From: an uncultured Spirochaetota bacterium
GTDB taxonomy: Bacteria; Spirochaetota; Brevinematia; Brevinematales; JAOACQ01
Assembly: GCA_963783575.1 (NCBI GenBank)
Contig: CAWAOD010000004.1
Coordinates: 33,881-97,880 of the forward strand
Direction of reading: 5' to 3'
DNA length: 64,000 bases
Positions 51,091-59,765 of the stretch are shown here, in pieces. The notes under the pieces are model-generated. The model was not told where the DNA came from. It did not search any database and was given only the letters and a program-made list of their open reading frames with translations. Numbering within the stretch: position 1 is the first letter of the stretch; each line of letters starts with the position of its first letter. Position numbers and translations under genes: made by a program.

Positions 51091-51212
51091 TTAATAAATG
51101 AAAAGAACAAAGATTTTCCGATTATTTGAAAAAGAATTTAACAGGGTTAAGCGGCCTGTCCTGAGCTGGTACACTGAGCTATCGAAGGATAAAAATAATA
51201 AGGAGGAAATAA

Positions 51213-52319
51213 ATGGCAGAAGTATTATTCAAGAATGTCATGAAAGTCTACGAAGGCGGAGTGACAGCGGTTGAGGACTTCAACCTGGATATCAAGGACA
51301 AGGAATTTGTAGTACTTGTAGGACCATCCGGATGCGGTAAATCAACCACATTAAGAATGCTTGCGGGTCTGGAGGAGATCACAAAGGGTGAAATCTCTAT
51401 TGATGGTAAGGTTGTAAACAATCTGCCGCCGAAAGACAGGGATATTGCGATGGTGTTCCAGAATTACGCTCTTTATCCGCACATGACTGTCGAGCAGAAC
51501 ATGTCTTTCGGATTAAGACTGCGTAATTACCCGAAGGAAGAGATCAATAAAAGGGTTGCTGAAGCGGCTGGGATTCTCGGCCTGACTGATCTTCTTAAAA
51601 GAAAACCGAAAGCTCTTTCCGGCGGACAGAGACAGAGAGTTGCAATAGGTAGAGTAATTGTACGCAAACCGAAGGTTTTTCTTTTTGATGAACCGCTTTC
51701 CAACCTTGACGCGAAACTCAGGGTACAAATGAGAGCCGAGCTGATCAAAATCACTTCAAAACTCAAAGTGACATCGGTATATGTTACGCATGACCAAACG
51801 GAAGCTATGACGATGGGAGATAAGATTGTTGTTATGAATAACAGGTTCATTCAACAGATCGGTTCCCCAATGGAAGTATACCGCGATCCGCAAAACAAGT
51901 TTGTTGCCGGTTTTATAGGAAGCCCGCCGATGAACTTCTTCAGTGCTGTTGTTGCTGATAAGAACGGCGCATTATGGCTGGATTTCAAGGATTTCCATCT
52001 GAAGATGCCAGCCGATTTCAACGCAAAACTTAGGCCTTATCTAGGTAAAACGGTGTCTTTCGGCATACGCCCTGAAGATATATATGACAGAAGCATGTAT
52101 CAGGGACAGATTGAGAATAACACACTGCAGGCCAATGTCGAAATCGTTGAACATCTCGGCGCCGAAGAATTCGTTTATTTCGCAACATCAAACTTTTCTT
52201 TCATAGGCAAATATGATCCTTCGGTAGTTGTAAACATAGGCGACGCCAACAAAGAAGTCATTTTCGATCTTAAACATTCACATATTTTTGACAATGAAAC
52301 TGAAAAAGTAGTTGTATAA
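51213..52319 (+). CDS. MalK/MsmX/UgpC-type ABC transporter ATP-binding protein (no permease genes adjacent)
   Basis: Strong RBS AAGGAGG. Motifs present are Walker [10 protein letters not shown], signature [13 protein letters not shown], Walker [11 protein letters not shown] and H-loop THD. A C-terminal TOBE-like regulatory domain follows. Confidence 0.9.
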   Translation: MAEVLFKNVMKVYEGGVTAVEDFNLDIKDKEFVVLVGPSGCGKSTTLRMLAGLEEITKGEISIDGKVVNNLPPKDRDIAMVFQNYALYPHMTVEQNMSFGLRLRNYPKEEINKRVAEAAGILGLTDLLKRKPKALSGGQRQRVAIGRVIVRKPKVFLFDEPLSNLDAKLRVQMRAELIKITSKLKVTSVYVTHDQTEAMTMGDKIVVMNNRFIQQIGSPMEVYRDPQNKFVAGFIGSPPMNFFSAVVADKNGALWLDFKDFHLKMPADFNAKLRPYLGKTVSFGIRPEDIYDRSMYQGQIENNTLQANVEIVEHLGAEEFVYFATSNFSFIGKYDPSVVVNIGDANKEVIFDLKHSHIFDNETEKVVV

Positions 52320-52339
52320 TTATAACCGGATATCAAAAA

Positions 52340-52365
52340 GGCAGGTTTTAAACCTGCCTTTTTTT
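52340..52365 (+). terminator. Rho-independent terminator after the ATPase gene
   Basis: The stem GGCAGGTT / AACCTGCC has a short loop and is followed by a run of 7 T. Confidence 0.8.
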
Positions 52366-52467
52366 ATGATATTTTAAAACTGCCCAAATCATTCTTTTAG
52401 TAATTTCAAAGCTCTTCCGAAAATAGAATAGGAAAATAATCATGAAATTCTAAGGGGCATTATTTCC

Positions 52468-53502
52468 ATGTCAAAAATAGTTTTTCTGTTCCGGTTATTC
52501 ATAATCTGGATATTACCGGTTTATATATATTCAAATGATTATATTATACAAAAAAATGATACAATCTCAAGCATTTCCAAAAGGTTCAATCAAAAACCTG
52601 AATTGATAACAAAGCTTAACAATATTAAGGATAATAAATTGCTGGCCGGTAGCAGGATTTATATTCCGCATGAAATTATCAATTATACCGTGAAAGAAGG
52701 CGATAACCTTTCAAAAATTGCCAGGGAGCACTCAACAAAAATTGAATTAATAATCCTTGCAAGCGAATTAAAAAATTCAAATATTTATCCCGGCAAAAAT
52801 ATTAGAATCCCAATAAATAATAAAGAAAATTATATTGAAACAGCTGTTCAAAACGAAAAAAAAAATGAAGTAAAATCCATCTCCGGCTCATTTTATTATA
52901 TTGTTAAAAAAGGTGAGACTCTAACTTCTATTTCAAAAAAATTCAATACAACAATTCCCGTAATTCTGTCCTGTAATCCGGGAATCAATCAAGGGGTTAA
53001 TACTGGCGAGAAATTAAAGATCCCTGTTATGAAACCTATTAAGGAAAATTGGAGTCCGGAGAAAAAAACCATCTCAAAAGTTAAAATTAATTACGGAAAC
53101 CTTCCAGCGCTTGAAAGCGGATTTAGTTTCCCGGTAAATAAGGAATTGATAAAATATATCAGTCAAACAAGCAGAGGAGTCACAATATTTCTTGACCAGC
53201 AGACCCCTGTTAAAAGCGTTAATAACGGTCTTGTGGAATATGCCGGTAAAATGAAAGGCTATAATAATGTAGTAATAGTTAAATATGGGAATGAACAAAG
53301 GGCAATTTACGGATACTTAAGCCAGATTGAAGTTTCAATAGGCAGCATTGTCAGCAACAGGCAGGTATTAGGAAATGTTAACAGGGCCTCTTTCCTTGGA
53401 CAAATTGAGTTATATTTTGAAATGAGAAACGGCATTAATACCAGGGATATTCTTGAACTATATCCATTTCTGAAAAGTAATGATTATCTTGTGAAAAAAT
53501 AA
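52468..53502 (+). CDS. LysM-repeat protein with a degenerate M23/LytM domain (NlpD/EnvC-like)
   Basis: Three LysM modules are present (YIIQKNDTISSISKRF, YTVKEGDNLSKIAREH, YIVKKGETLTSISKKF). The C-terminal LytM-like fold (VEYAGKMKGYNNVVIVKYG...) lacks an obvious HxxxD metal motif. Confidence 0.75.
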   Translation: MSKIVFLFRLFIIWILPVYIYSNDYIIQKNDTISSISKRFNQKPELITKLNNIKDNKLLAGSRIYIPHEIINYTVKEGDNLSKIAREHSTKIELIILASELKNSNIYPGKNIRIPINNKENYIETAVQNEKKNEVKSISGSFYYIVKKGETLTSISKKFNTTIPVILSCNPGINQGVNTGEKLKIPVMKPIKENWSPEKKTISKVKINYGNLPALESGFSFPVNKELIKYISQTSRGVTIFLDQQTPVKSVNNGLVEYAGKMKGYNNVVIVKYGNEQRAIYGYLSQIEVSIGSIVSNRQVLGNVNRASFLGQIELYFEMRNGINTRDILELYPFLKSNDYLVKK

Positions 53503-53603
53503 CATTTATATCGAAAAAAAATCCGGTTTTATTTTAATATTTTAAATTCCGATAATAAATTGACATAATTAATAAATAGTAGCAAAATATCATTGTAATT
53601 ATA

Positions 53604-54096
53604 AAGCAGGCTGGAAAAACGCCTTTCACTATTTTGTTGCGCTGATCTATGATGCTGGCAAAATGGTGAGGGGAGGAAAGTCCGGGCATCAAAAAGCATC
53701 GGGCCGGTTAATAGCCGGGCAGTAAATCTGCCTCCGTAAGCGGCAGGAAATGCTGACGGATAGCGCCACAGAAAACAAACTGCCCCTTACCATTTTATTA
53801 GCTTCACCTTTGTAAGCTCACAAAGTGGTAAGGGGTGAGGGTGAAAAGGCGGTGTAAGAGACCACCGCGGAACGCATAAGCGGACCGGCAAGGCAAGCCC
53901 CCCGTGATGCAAGGCTGAATAGGCATTCCATACTACCGCTTGTAGTAATCCATGGATAAGAATGCGGGTAAGCCGCTGGATATGTTTTATAAAAAACATA
54001 CAAGATGGATGTTTTTCGTCCTTTGATTTTTTGCCAATTTCTTTTAATTAGAGTGACAGAAGTCAAGGAAACAGGACCCGGCTTACAGGCCTGCCT
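53604..54096 (+). ncRNA. rnpB: RNase P RNA (bacterial type A), unusually long
   Basis: Universally conserved segments are present: GAGGAAAGTCCGGGC (about 53672-53686), GGTAAGGGGTGAGGGTGAAAAGGCGGTGTAAGAGACCACCGC, GCAAGGCTGAATAGG and ACAGGACCCGGCTTA (54071-54085). P1 pairing of GCAGGC (53606-53611) with GCCTGC (54089-54094) sets the ends. Confidence 0.85.
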
Positions 54097-54154
54097 TATT
54101 TTCTAAATTAATGTTTCCTGTTGCTTCGGGCTAAGGCTCTTAAGAAGGTGAAAA

Positions 54155-54487
54155 ATGAGCGTATTACCGATTGATTTACAGGTTTTATTTTCCAAGGCGT
54201 CCGATCTTTCCGAGAATATTGCCCGTCAATCCAATTTAACACAGGCCGGCCTGGCTGACGGTTATGAAAAAATTCACAAGCAAAGCCAGGACACAAATGA
54301 GAAAGTAAACAATCTCGAAGAATATTCCCAGGATTTCACAAAAATAAACCCGGAGACGGGGAAAAGATCCGGCGGACAAAAAATGCGTAAAAAAAAGGCC
54401 GCCCAGGTGAAACCTCCTGAAGTCCAGGAATATAAAAGAGCCGTAACAGAAGAAGGTACCGGAAAGTACATAGATATTATCGATTAA
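54155..54487 (+). CDS. Hypothetical charged protein
   Basis: 110 aa with an AAGGTG RBS and a Lys/Glu-rich sequence. I recognise no motif. Confidence 0.45.
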   Translation: MSVLPIDLQVLFSKASDLSENIARQSNLTQAGLADGYEKIHKQSQDTNEKVNNLEEYSQDFTKINPETGKRSGGQKMRKKKAAQVKPPEVQEYKRAVTEEGTGKYIDIID

Positions 54488-54691
54488 GAAATCACACTCA
54501 TCATAAATTTCTTTATAAAAGCGCCCATCTGTTTTATAATATTAAACTGCAATCATTTTCATCCTCGTAACTACGGCCTGTCCGCCGTCTACCTGCCGGA
54601 GATTCCGGAGTAGGCAGACTCTCTGCAATCTCCGTTCGGGATGATGAAGTATATAGCGGCATTAAAAATATAATAAATCCAAGGAGAATCT

Positions 54692-56101
54692 ATGGTCAGA
54701 GTCCGCTTTGCCCCGTCGCCGACCGGCAAGCTCCATCTTGGAAGCGCCAGGACAGCAATATTCAACTGGTTATATGCCAGGCATACCGGCGGAAAGTTTA
54801 TCTTGAGAATAGAGGATACGGATCTTTCCCGCTCAGATAATTCATATACGGAATCGATTATTAAAGATATGCGATGGATGGGTCTGGAATATGATGAATA
54901 TTATACGCAGAGCGGCAGGTTCGCAGTCTATAGGGAATATACAAACAGGCTTCTGGATGAAAACAGGGCATATTACTGCATCTGCGAGAGAGAGGATATA
55001 GCCGCCAGGTACAGCCTTAAAGAGACAGCCGGGGAAGCATTAAAATATGACGCTTTTTGCCGGGGCAGAACCGTTAAGCCGTCGGGGAGTTATGTTATAA
55101 GGCTTAATATTGGAGAGGAAAGGAAAATTACATTCAAGGATTCCATAAAAGGAAAAATCACTGTAAATACCGGAGAACTTGATGATTTTGTGATACAGAA
55201 AAGCGACGGCACACCGACATATAATTTCGCCGTTGTTATTGACGACGCCTTAATGGCGATATCCCATATCATAAGGGGCGAGGATCATATTACAAATACC
55301 GCAAAGCAGATCATACTTTACGAACTTCTGGGTTTTCAGCTTCCAATATTCGCTCATCTGCCTCTCGTAATGGATAAAGACAGGACGCCTCTTTCAAAAA
55401 GAAAAGGCTCCATAAATATTGAAAGCTACCGTGCTTCCGGTATTCTTCCCGAAGCCCTTTTGAATGCCATAGCCCGTTTGGGCTGGTCTCACGGGAATGA
55501 TGAGATCCTGTCAGTCGATCAAATGATTGATTTTTTCGACATCGACAGGATAAATAAATCCGCCGCAGTCTATGATGAGGAAAAAATGATCTGGGTAAAT
55601 GGAAAGCATATGAAATCATTATCCGATTCAATTCTAAAAAAGCATTTTGAGGAATTTCTGGAAGAAGCCCATCTTGATAAAACAGGTAAAATGAAAAATA
55701 GCGATTGGCTTATTTCGGCTATCGGAATTCTGAAAGGCAGGCATACTTCATTAAATAGTCTTTTCCAGGAAATTCGCTTTTTCGCTGAAGCCGAAACTGC
55801 GGAAAAATTTCAAATTGAGGATAACGCCGCCGGCCAGCTTGACAGCCTTTTAAAGAACCCGGATTTAATGAAGTCTTATTCTGAAGCAAGGAATATAATT
55901 TTATCAATACAGGATTTTCAAAATCTATCGGGATTGGAGCATGATTTAAGGGAAATATCAGAAAGGAATTCCGTAAAATTCGGCGATCTTATACAGGTTT
56001 TAAGAATTATCATTACAGGCAGAACGTCATCACCTGATATACTCTCCGTTATTAAACTGACCGGTGAAAATGTAAGGGAAAGGTTAAATTTATCTTTATA
56101 G
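54692..56101 (+). CDS. gltX: Glutamate--tRNA ligase
   Basis: Begins VRFAPSPTGKLHLGSARTA (HIGH-type motif) followed by RIEDTD. LSKRKG provides the KMSKS-type motif. 469 aa. Confidence 0.95.
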   Translation: MVRVRFAPSPTGKLHLGSARTAIFNWLYARHTGGKFILRIEDTDLSRSDNSYTESIIKDMRWMGLEYDEYYTQSGRFAVYREYTNRLLDENRAYYCICEREDIAARYSLKETAGEALKYDAFCRGRTVKPSGSYVIRLNIGEERKITFKDSIKGKITVNTGELDDFVIQKSDGTPTYNFAVVIDDALMAISHIIRGEDHITNTAKQIILYELLGFQLPIFAHLPLVMDKDRTPLSKRKGSINIESYRASGILPEALLNAIARLGWSHGNDEILSVDQMIDFFDIDRINKSAAVYDEEKMIWVNGKHMKSLSDSILKKHFEEFLEEAHLDKTGKMKNSDWLISAIGILKGRHTSLNSLFQEIRFFAEAETAEKFQIEDNAAGQLDSLLKNPDLMKSYSEARNIILSIQDFQNLSGLEHDLREISERNSVKFGDLIQVLRIIITGRTSSPDILSVIKLTGENVRERLNLSL

Positions 56102-56659
56102 TTTCCAGGGAAATACGATTGGTTTATAAGCGTCGATATATTCCAGTGCTTTCTCCGGATTGGCGGCAAAATAATATAATTCGCGGAATTCAGGCTTTGA
56201 AAAGTTTTCACTGTATATTTGCTCAAATTGATTATTCAAATTACGGTAAAAATCATTGGTATTAATAAACACAATCGCTTTGTTATGAAAACCCAGCTGT
56301 TTCAAAGTAACTTCTTCCAGGATCTCTTCCAGAGTTCCAAAACCGCCGGGCATTGCAATAAACGCTTCAGCCTGTTCGGCCATTGTGGCTTTCCTTTCCC
56401 TGAGGTCTTTGGTAACAAAAAGCCAATCCGCGTCATCATAACTGATGCCTCTATCTTTAAGCATTTCGGGCACCACGCCGACAACCTTCCCCCCGTTTTT
56501 ACGGACAGAATCGGCAATAATTCCCATAAGCCCTGTTTTTGTTCCGCCATAGACAAGGGTATCGCCCCTTTTTCCGATCAATCGTCCCAGATCAAGAGTA
56601 GCCTGGACATATGTATTATCAATATGACTGCTTGAAGAGCAGAAAACACAAATATTCAT
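56096..56659 (-). CDS. LOG-family (TIGR00730) nucleotide phosphoribohydrolase
   Basis: Contains the VYGGTKTGLMG and PGGFGTLEEILE signature motifs. It is convergent with gltX and overlaps it by 6 nt. Confidence 0.85.
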   Translation of the reverse strand: MNICVFCSSSSHIDNTYVQATLDLGRLIGKRGDTLVYGGTKTGLMGIIADSVRKNGGKVVGVVPEMLKDRGISYDDADWLFVTKDLRERKATMAEQAEAFIAMPGGFGTLEEILEEVTLKQLGFHNKAIVFINTNDFYRNLNNQFEQIYSENFSKPEFRELYYFAANPEKALEYIDAYKPIVFPWKL

Positions 56660-56744
56660 TATAAAATGCCCCTGATTTTATTTATTTTGATAAATTCGTT
56701 TCACGACCGATCCGGTCAGGCAAAGTTCTATCCGTTTAAAATAT

Positions 56745-56900
56745 ATTTTATATCGATTCCTAAAGATTTGCAACTTTGCAACGTTGTGTTGCCGCCGAAT
56801 CGGAGATTCGGCGGACTTTATGATAAATTGAAAAATTTCTTAGAACATCCTGTTCCCATGGTTACTTGGGGGGCGATGTTTTATGGAGGGTTTCTTGATT
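56745..56900 (-). repeat. Dispersed repeat family 2, copy 2
   Basis: Its reverse complement aligns block by block with 29942-30117. The ORF predicted at 56666-56911 lies inside it. Confidence 0.55.
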
Positions 56901-57012
56901 ATTATTTATGACTTTATTATGATTTATAATTAGTAATAAAATATCAAAAGCAAGAATCCAAAATAATAGGCAAAGTTTCATTCTTCGCAAATTATTAATT
57001 CAGGATATAAAT

Positions 57013-57801
57013 ATGATTTTTTACAACAAAATAGGGAAAAATTATAATTCGACAAGACGCGCCGATGAGAGAATTACGGAGAATCTAATAACTTTATTGA
57101 ATTGCCCGGCCGGATCGAATATTATAGATATCGGCGCGGGCACCGGAAACTATTCTTATGAACTGGCAAAACATTACAATGCGGTTTATGCCCTGGAACC
57201 TTCTGAGGTAATGATCAAACAGGGGAAAAAGCATAAAAATTTAAAGTGGTTCAATGGATTTGCGGAAAAAATCCCTTTTGGAGATAATTATTTTGACGGC
57301 GCTTTATGTACATTAGCATCTCACCATTTTTCCGAATCGGATAAAGCTTTTAAAGAAATCCATAGAATATTAAAACCTGGATCTAATTTTGTATTGTTTA
57401 CATTCGATACAAGAAAAACAGAAAACAATGACTGGCTTAGAGAATATTTCGAACCATTTTACAAAAAAGCCTGCAGTATTGCGCCTAATCAAGAATTGAT
57501 AATTAAAGCCCTTAAAGATTTATATAAGAATGAAATTATCATTACGTCATTTAAACTTCCTCCCAATCTTACCGACGGCTTTTTTTATGCCGCATGGAAA
57601 TACCCCGAAAAGTATCTTGAAAGAAGTTTCAGAAACGGGATTTCGGTTTTTTCAATGGAAGAAGAAAAACTGGTTGATGCGATTATCAAACATCTGGAGA
57701 TTGATCTGAAAGAAGGAATCTGGGATAATAAATATAAGAATATAAGAAAATTAAACAAATTTGACGGCGGGTATTATTTTTTAACGGTTAGAAAGGGCTG
57801 A
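57013..57801 (+). CDS. Class I SAM-dependent methyltransferase
   Basis: Motif I is IIDIGAGTGNYS, and the post-I region reads LKPGSNFVLF. Confidence 0.85.
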   Translation: MIFYNKIGKNYNSTRRADERITENLITLLNCPAGSNIIDIGAGTGNYSYELAKHYNAVYALEPSEVMIKQGKKHKNLKWFNGFAEKIPFGDNYFDGALCTLASHHFSESDKAFKEIHRILKPGSNFVLFTFDTRKTENNDWLREYFEPFYKKACSIAPNQELIIKALKDLYKNEIIITSFKLPPNLTDGFFYAAWKYPEKYLERSFRNGISVFSMEEEKLVDAIIKHLEIDLKEGIWDNKYKNIRKLNKFDGGYYFLTVRKG

Positions 57802-57854
57802 CAACTAAAAACCCGCTGTTCCAGGGGATAAACTCAATTAATATTAACAGTAAC

Positions 57855-58349
57855 TGTTTCCCTTTTGGCAAAAGGGAGAAAGCTCTTCCTTTCTTTCCTG
57901 CACAGCCAGGAAAGAAAGGAACCAAAGAAAGGAGCTGCCCCTTCGCATTAGCGCCATTTCATGTAAAGAAATTGTTTTATTCGGAAGTGTTGTTATTCAG
58001 GTTTTATTAAAAGCTCTATTTTTATTAAAGAGCCTCACTATGCAGTCCTGCTGCGTTCGGGTCGCAGCCGTCCTTGGGTTCACTGAAAATCAGCATAAAT
58101 CTTAAAATATTTAATAAACAGTATTTCATTAGTGTCATATCCTGTTTTATAACAATGAGTTATAAAAGCAATTAGAAAAGGTTGGTTATAGTTTTCAAAT
58201 TTTAACTCATTTTTCAGTGAACCCATCCTTGGCCGCGAAATATTATTGATTTGATTATTTTCTAAGGGGAATAACAACGTTTTTTATATTAAGATTCTTT
58301 TTTTACCATACAAAAATTCAATCAGAAATGGCGCTCATGCTGCGGGGGG
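57855..58349 (-). repeat. Palindromic ~340-bp repeat element, copy C (IS-free, carrying a nested MITE)
   Basis: Its reverse complement carries all blocks of copies A and B. The intact terminal hairpin is TTCCTTTCTTTCCTG (57886-57900), loop CACAGC, then CAGGAAAGAAAGGAA (57907-57921). Confidence 0.7.
58075..58225 (-). mobile_element. MITE (~148 bp), copy b, inserted in the central block of repeat copy C
   Basis: It has the same TIRs as copy a. It is flanked by the direct repeat TCCTTGG (58071-58077 and 58226-58232). The predicted 65-aa ORF 58080-58277 is internal to the element. Confidence 0.8.
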
Positions 58350-58680
58350 CGATTTAGCAGGTTGCGGTCACTGAGTAGTGGCATGTTAAAAATGGTCACT
58401 TCGATTTGCGGCAAAGCCGCTACTCAGTGATTAGACACATATCGAAGTGACTGTCATGACGATTGCTTTTAAAAGTTTCATACATCAATTTTAATAAATT
58501 GTATATTTTACCCTGCCTGAAAAATTCGTTAGGTGTATAATTAAGGAAATGATTGAAGGTTGACGGAAGAGGAGTTTAAGGTGGTGGAGAGTGATAACTA
58601 ATAAATAAAAGTATACGAAAAACTAGATTGTTTCCTATGAACTGTATTTTGTTTATTATAATTGTTGAGGAATAAAATAT

Positions 58681-59757
58681 ATGAGAATTGATTGTATTCT
58701 TTATTTCTTTTATTTCTTTGGGCTTGATATTACCCCAAACCCAACATTTCTTTCCGATGTCGCCGCATTTGAGGCGGCTATTATTGCTTTTTTAGTTCCC
58801 TTAAGTATTGAGATAATTTCAAAAATATCGGAACGGTACAACTCTGATGTAATAACACGTTCATTTAATAAATACTGGAAAATCCTTTCACCTTTTTTGT
58901 TGATTAATATTGTAGTAGCAATAGGTTTACGTTTTTTTATGAAAGACAATACCGATTCATTGTCATGGAAAATATTTGCCTGGATTATTTTTATCATTTT
59001 TATATGTATCGCTTTTGCAATTTGGCGAGTAATAAATCGAATAAGAAATTTCATGAGTGACACAAAATATGTCATCAATCCACTTTATGAAGCTGTTAAA
59101 TTTTCTATTGAAAAAAAATTTACAAAATACGGGCAAGAGCTTCTTATTCAAAATCTTGAAGGGATTGGTGATATTTTGCTCTATGAAACAAAAAAACAGA
59201 AAAATAAACTTGTTTTAGATGGTTTACAGAAAATTGGAGATTCCGTAAAAAACATTTTCGAAATACAAAAAAGCGATCCAGATAAGTTTGAACAATTAAT
59301 TGTCAGCCAGGATTTTTTTGAGCTATATAAAAAGAATAAGGATGAGGCTAAGTTTGCTTTTGCTTTTGTTCCGGAAAAATATTTGGTCAGCTTTTCAACT
59401 GCAATTAATCAAATTGTGCGTATTTATGAGGCAGCAATTAGTTCTCAGAATGAAGAGATTAGCAGAAATTCCGTCTATCATATTAATTGGATTCTGGCAG
59501 TGTTATCGTCACGAGAGAATAATGAATTATTTGTTGAACAAATATTGAAAAAGTTAGCTCAAATCACCAGGACTGCATTAAAATTTAATGATGTCTCTGT
59601 TTATGCAGCAGCAATCCAATGGTATACGGACATTGTGTTCAAGTCGCTTGGAAATGAAGATTTTCAGATTGCTTACATCGAATTATTTGATAAATATTTC
59701 TTTTTGACGGTTCAATATATTGTCTCTGAAAATCAAACATCTATTTTTAAGCACTAG
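58681..59757 (+). CDS. Hypothetical membrane protein (3-4 N-terminal TM segments plus a helical domain)
   Basis: An RBS GAGGAA is present. 358 aa from very AT-rich DNA. I recognise no family. Confidence 0.5.
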   Translation: MRIDCILYFFYFFGLDITPNPTFLSDVAAFEAAIIAFLVPLSIEIISKISERYNSDVITRSFNKYWKILSPFLLINIVVAIGLRFFMKDNTDSLSWKIFAWIIFIIFICIAFAIWRVINRIRNFMSDTKYVINPLYEAVKFSIEKKFTKYGQELLIQNLEGIGDILLYETKKQKNKLVLDGLQKIGDSVKNIFEIQKSDPDKFEQLIVSQDFFELYKKNKDEAKFAFAFVPEKYLVSFSTAINQIVRIYEAAISSQNEEISRNSVYHINWILAVLSSRENNELFVEQILKKLAQITRTALKFNDVSVYAAAIQWYTDIVFKSLGNEDFQIAYIELFDKYFFLTVQYIVSENQTSIFKH

Positions 59758-59765
59758 TTTCTTCT

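Noticed and set aside
53787-54296. Three minus-strand ORFs (62-82 aa)
   Set aside because: They overlap the RNase P RNA gene and its 3' flank. The conserved rnpB core segments explain the region.
54500-54691. T-box or riboswitch leader upstream of gltX
   Set aside because: Hairpins are present (for example CTGCCGGAGATTCCGG...GGCAG). I see no T-box consensus sequence, no specifier-loop architecture and no terminator/antiterminator pair. The hairpin resembles the dispersed small repeats seen elsewhere in the window.
58080-58277. 65-aa ORF inside the MITE, with a similar reading frame in the other MITE copy
   Set aside because: It is fully contained in a 148-bp TIR-bounded element. The similarity of the two translations simply reflects DNA identity of the repeat. 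There is no RBS.
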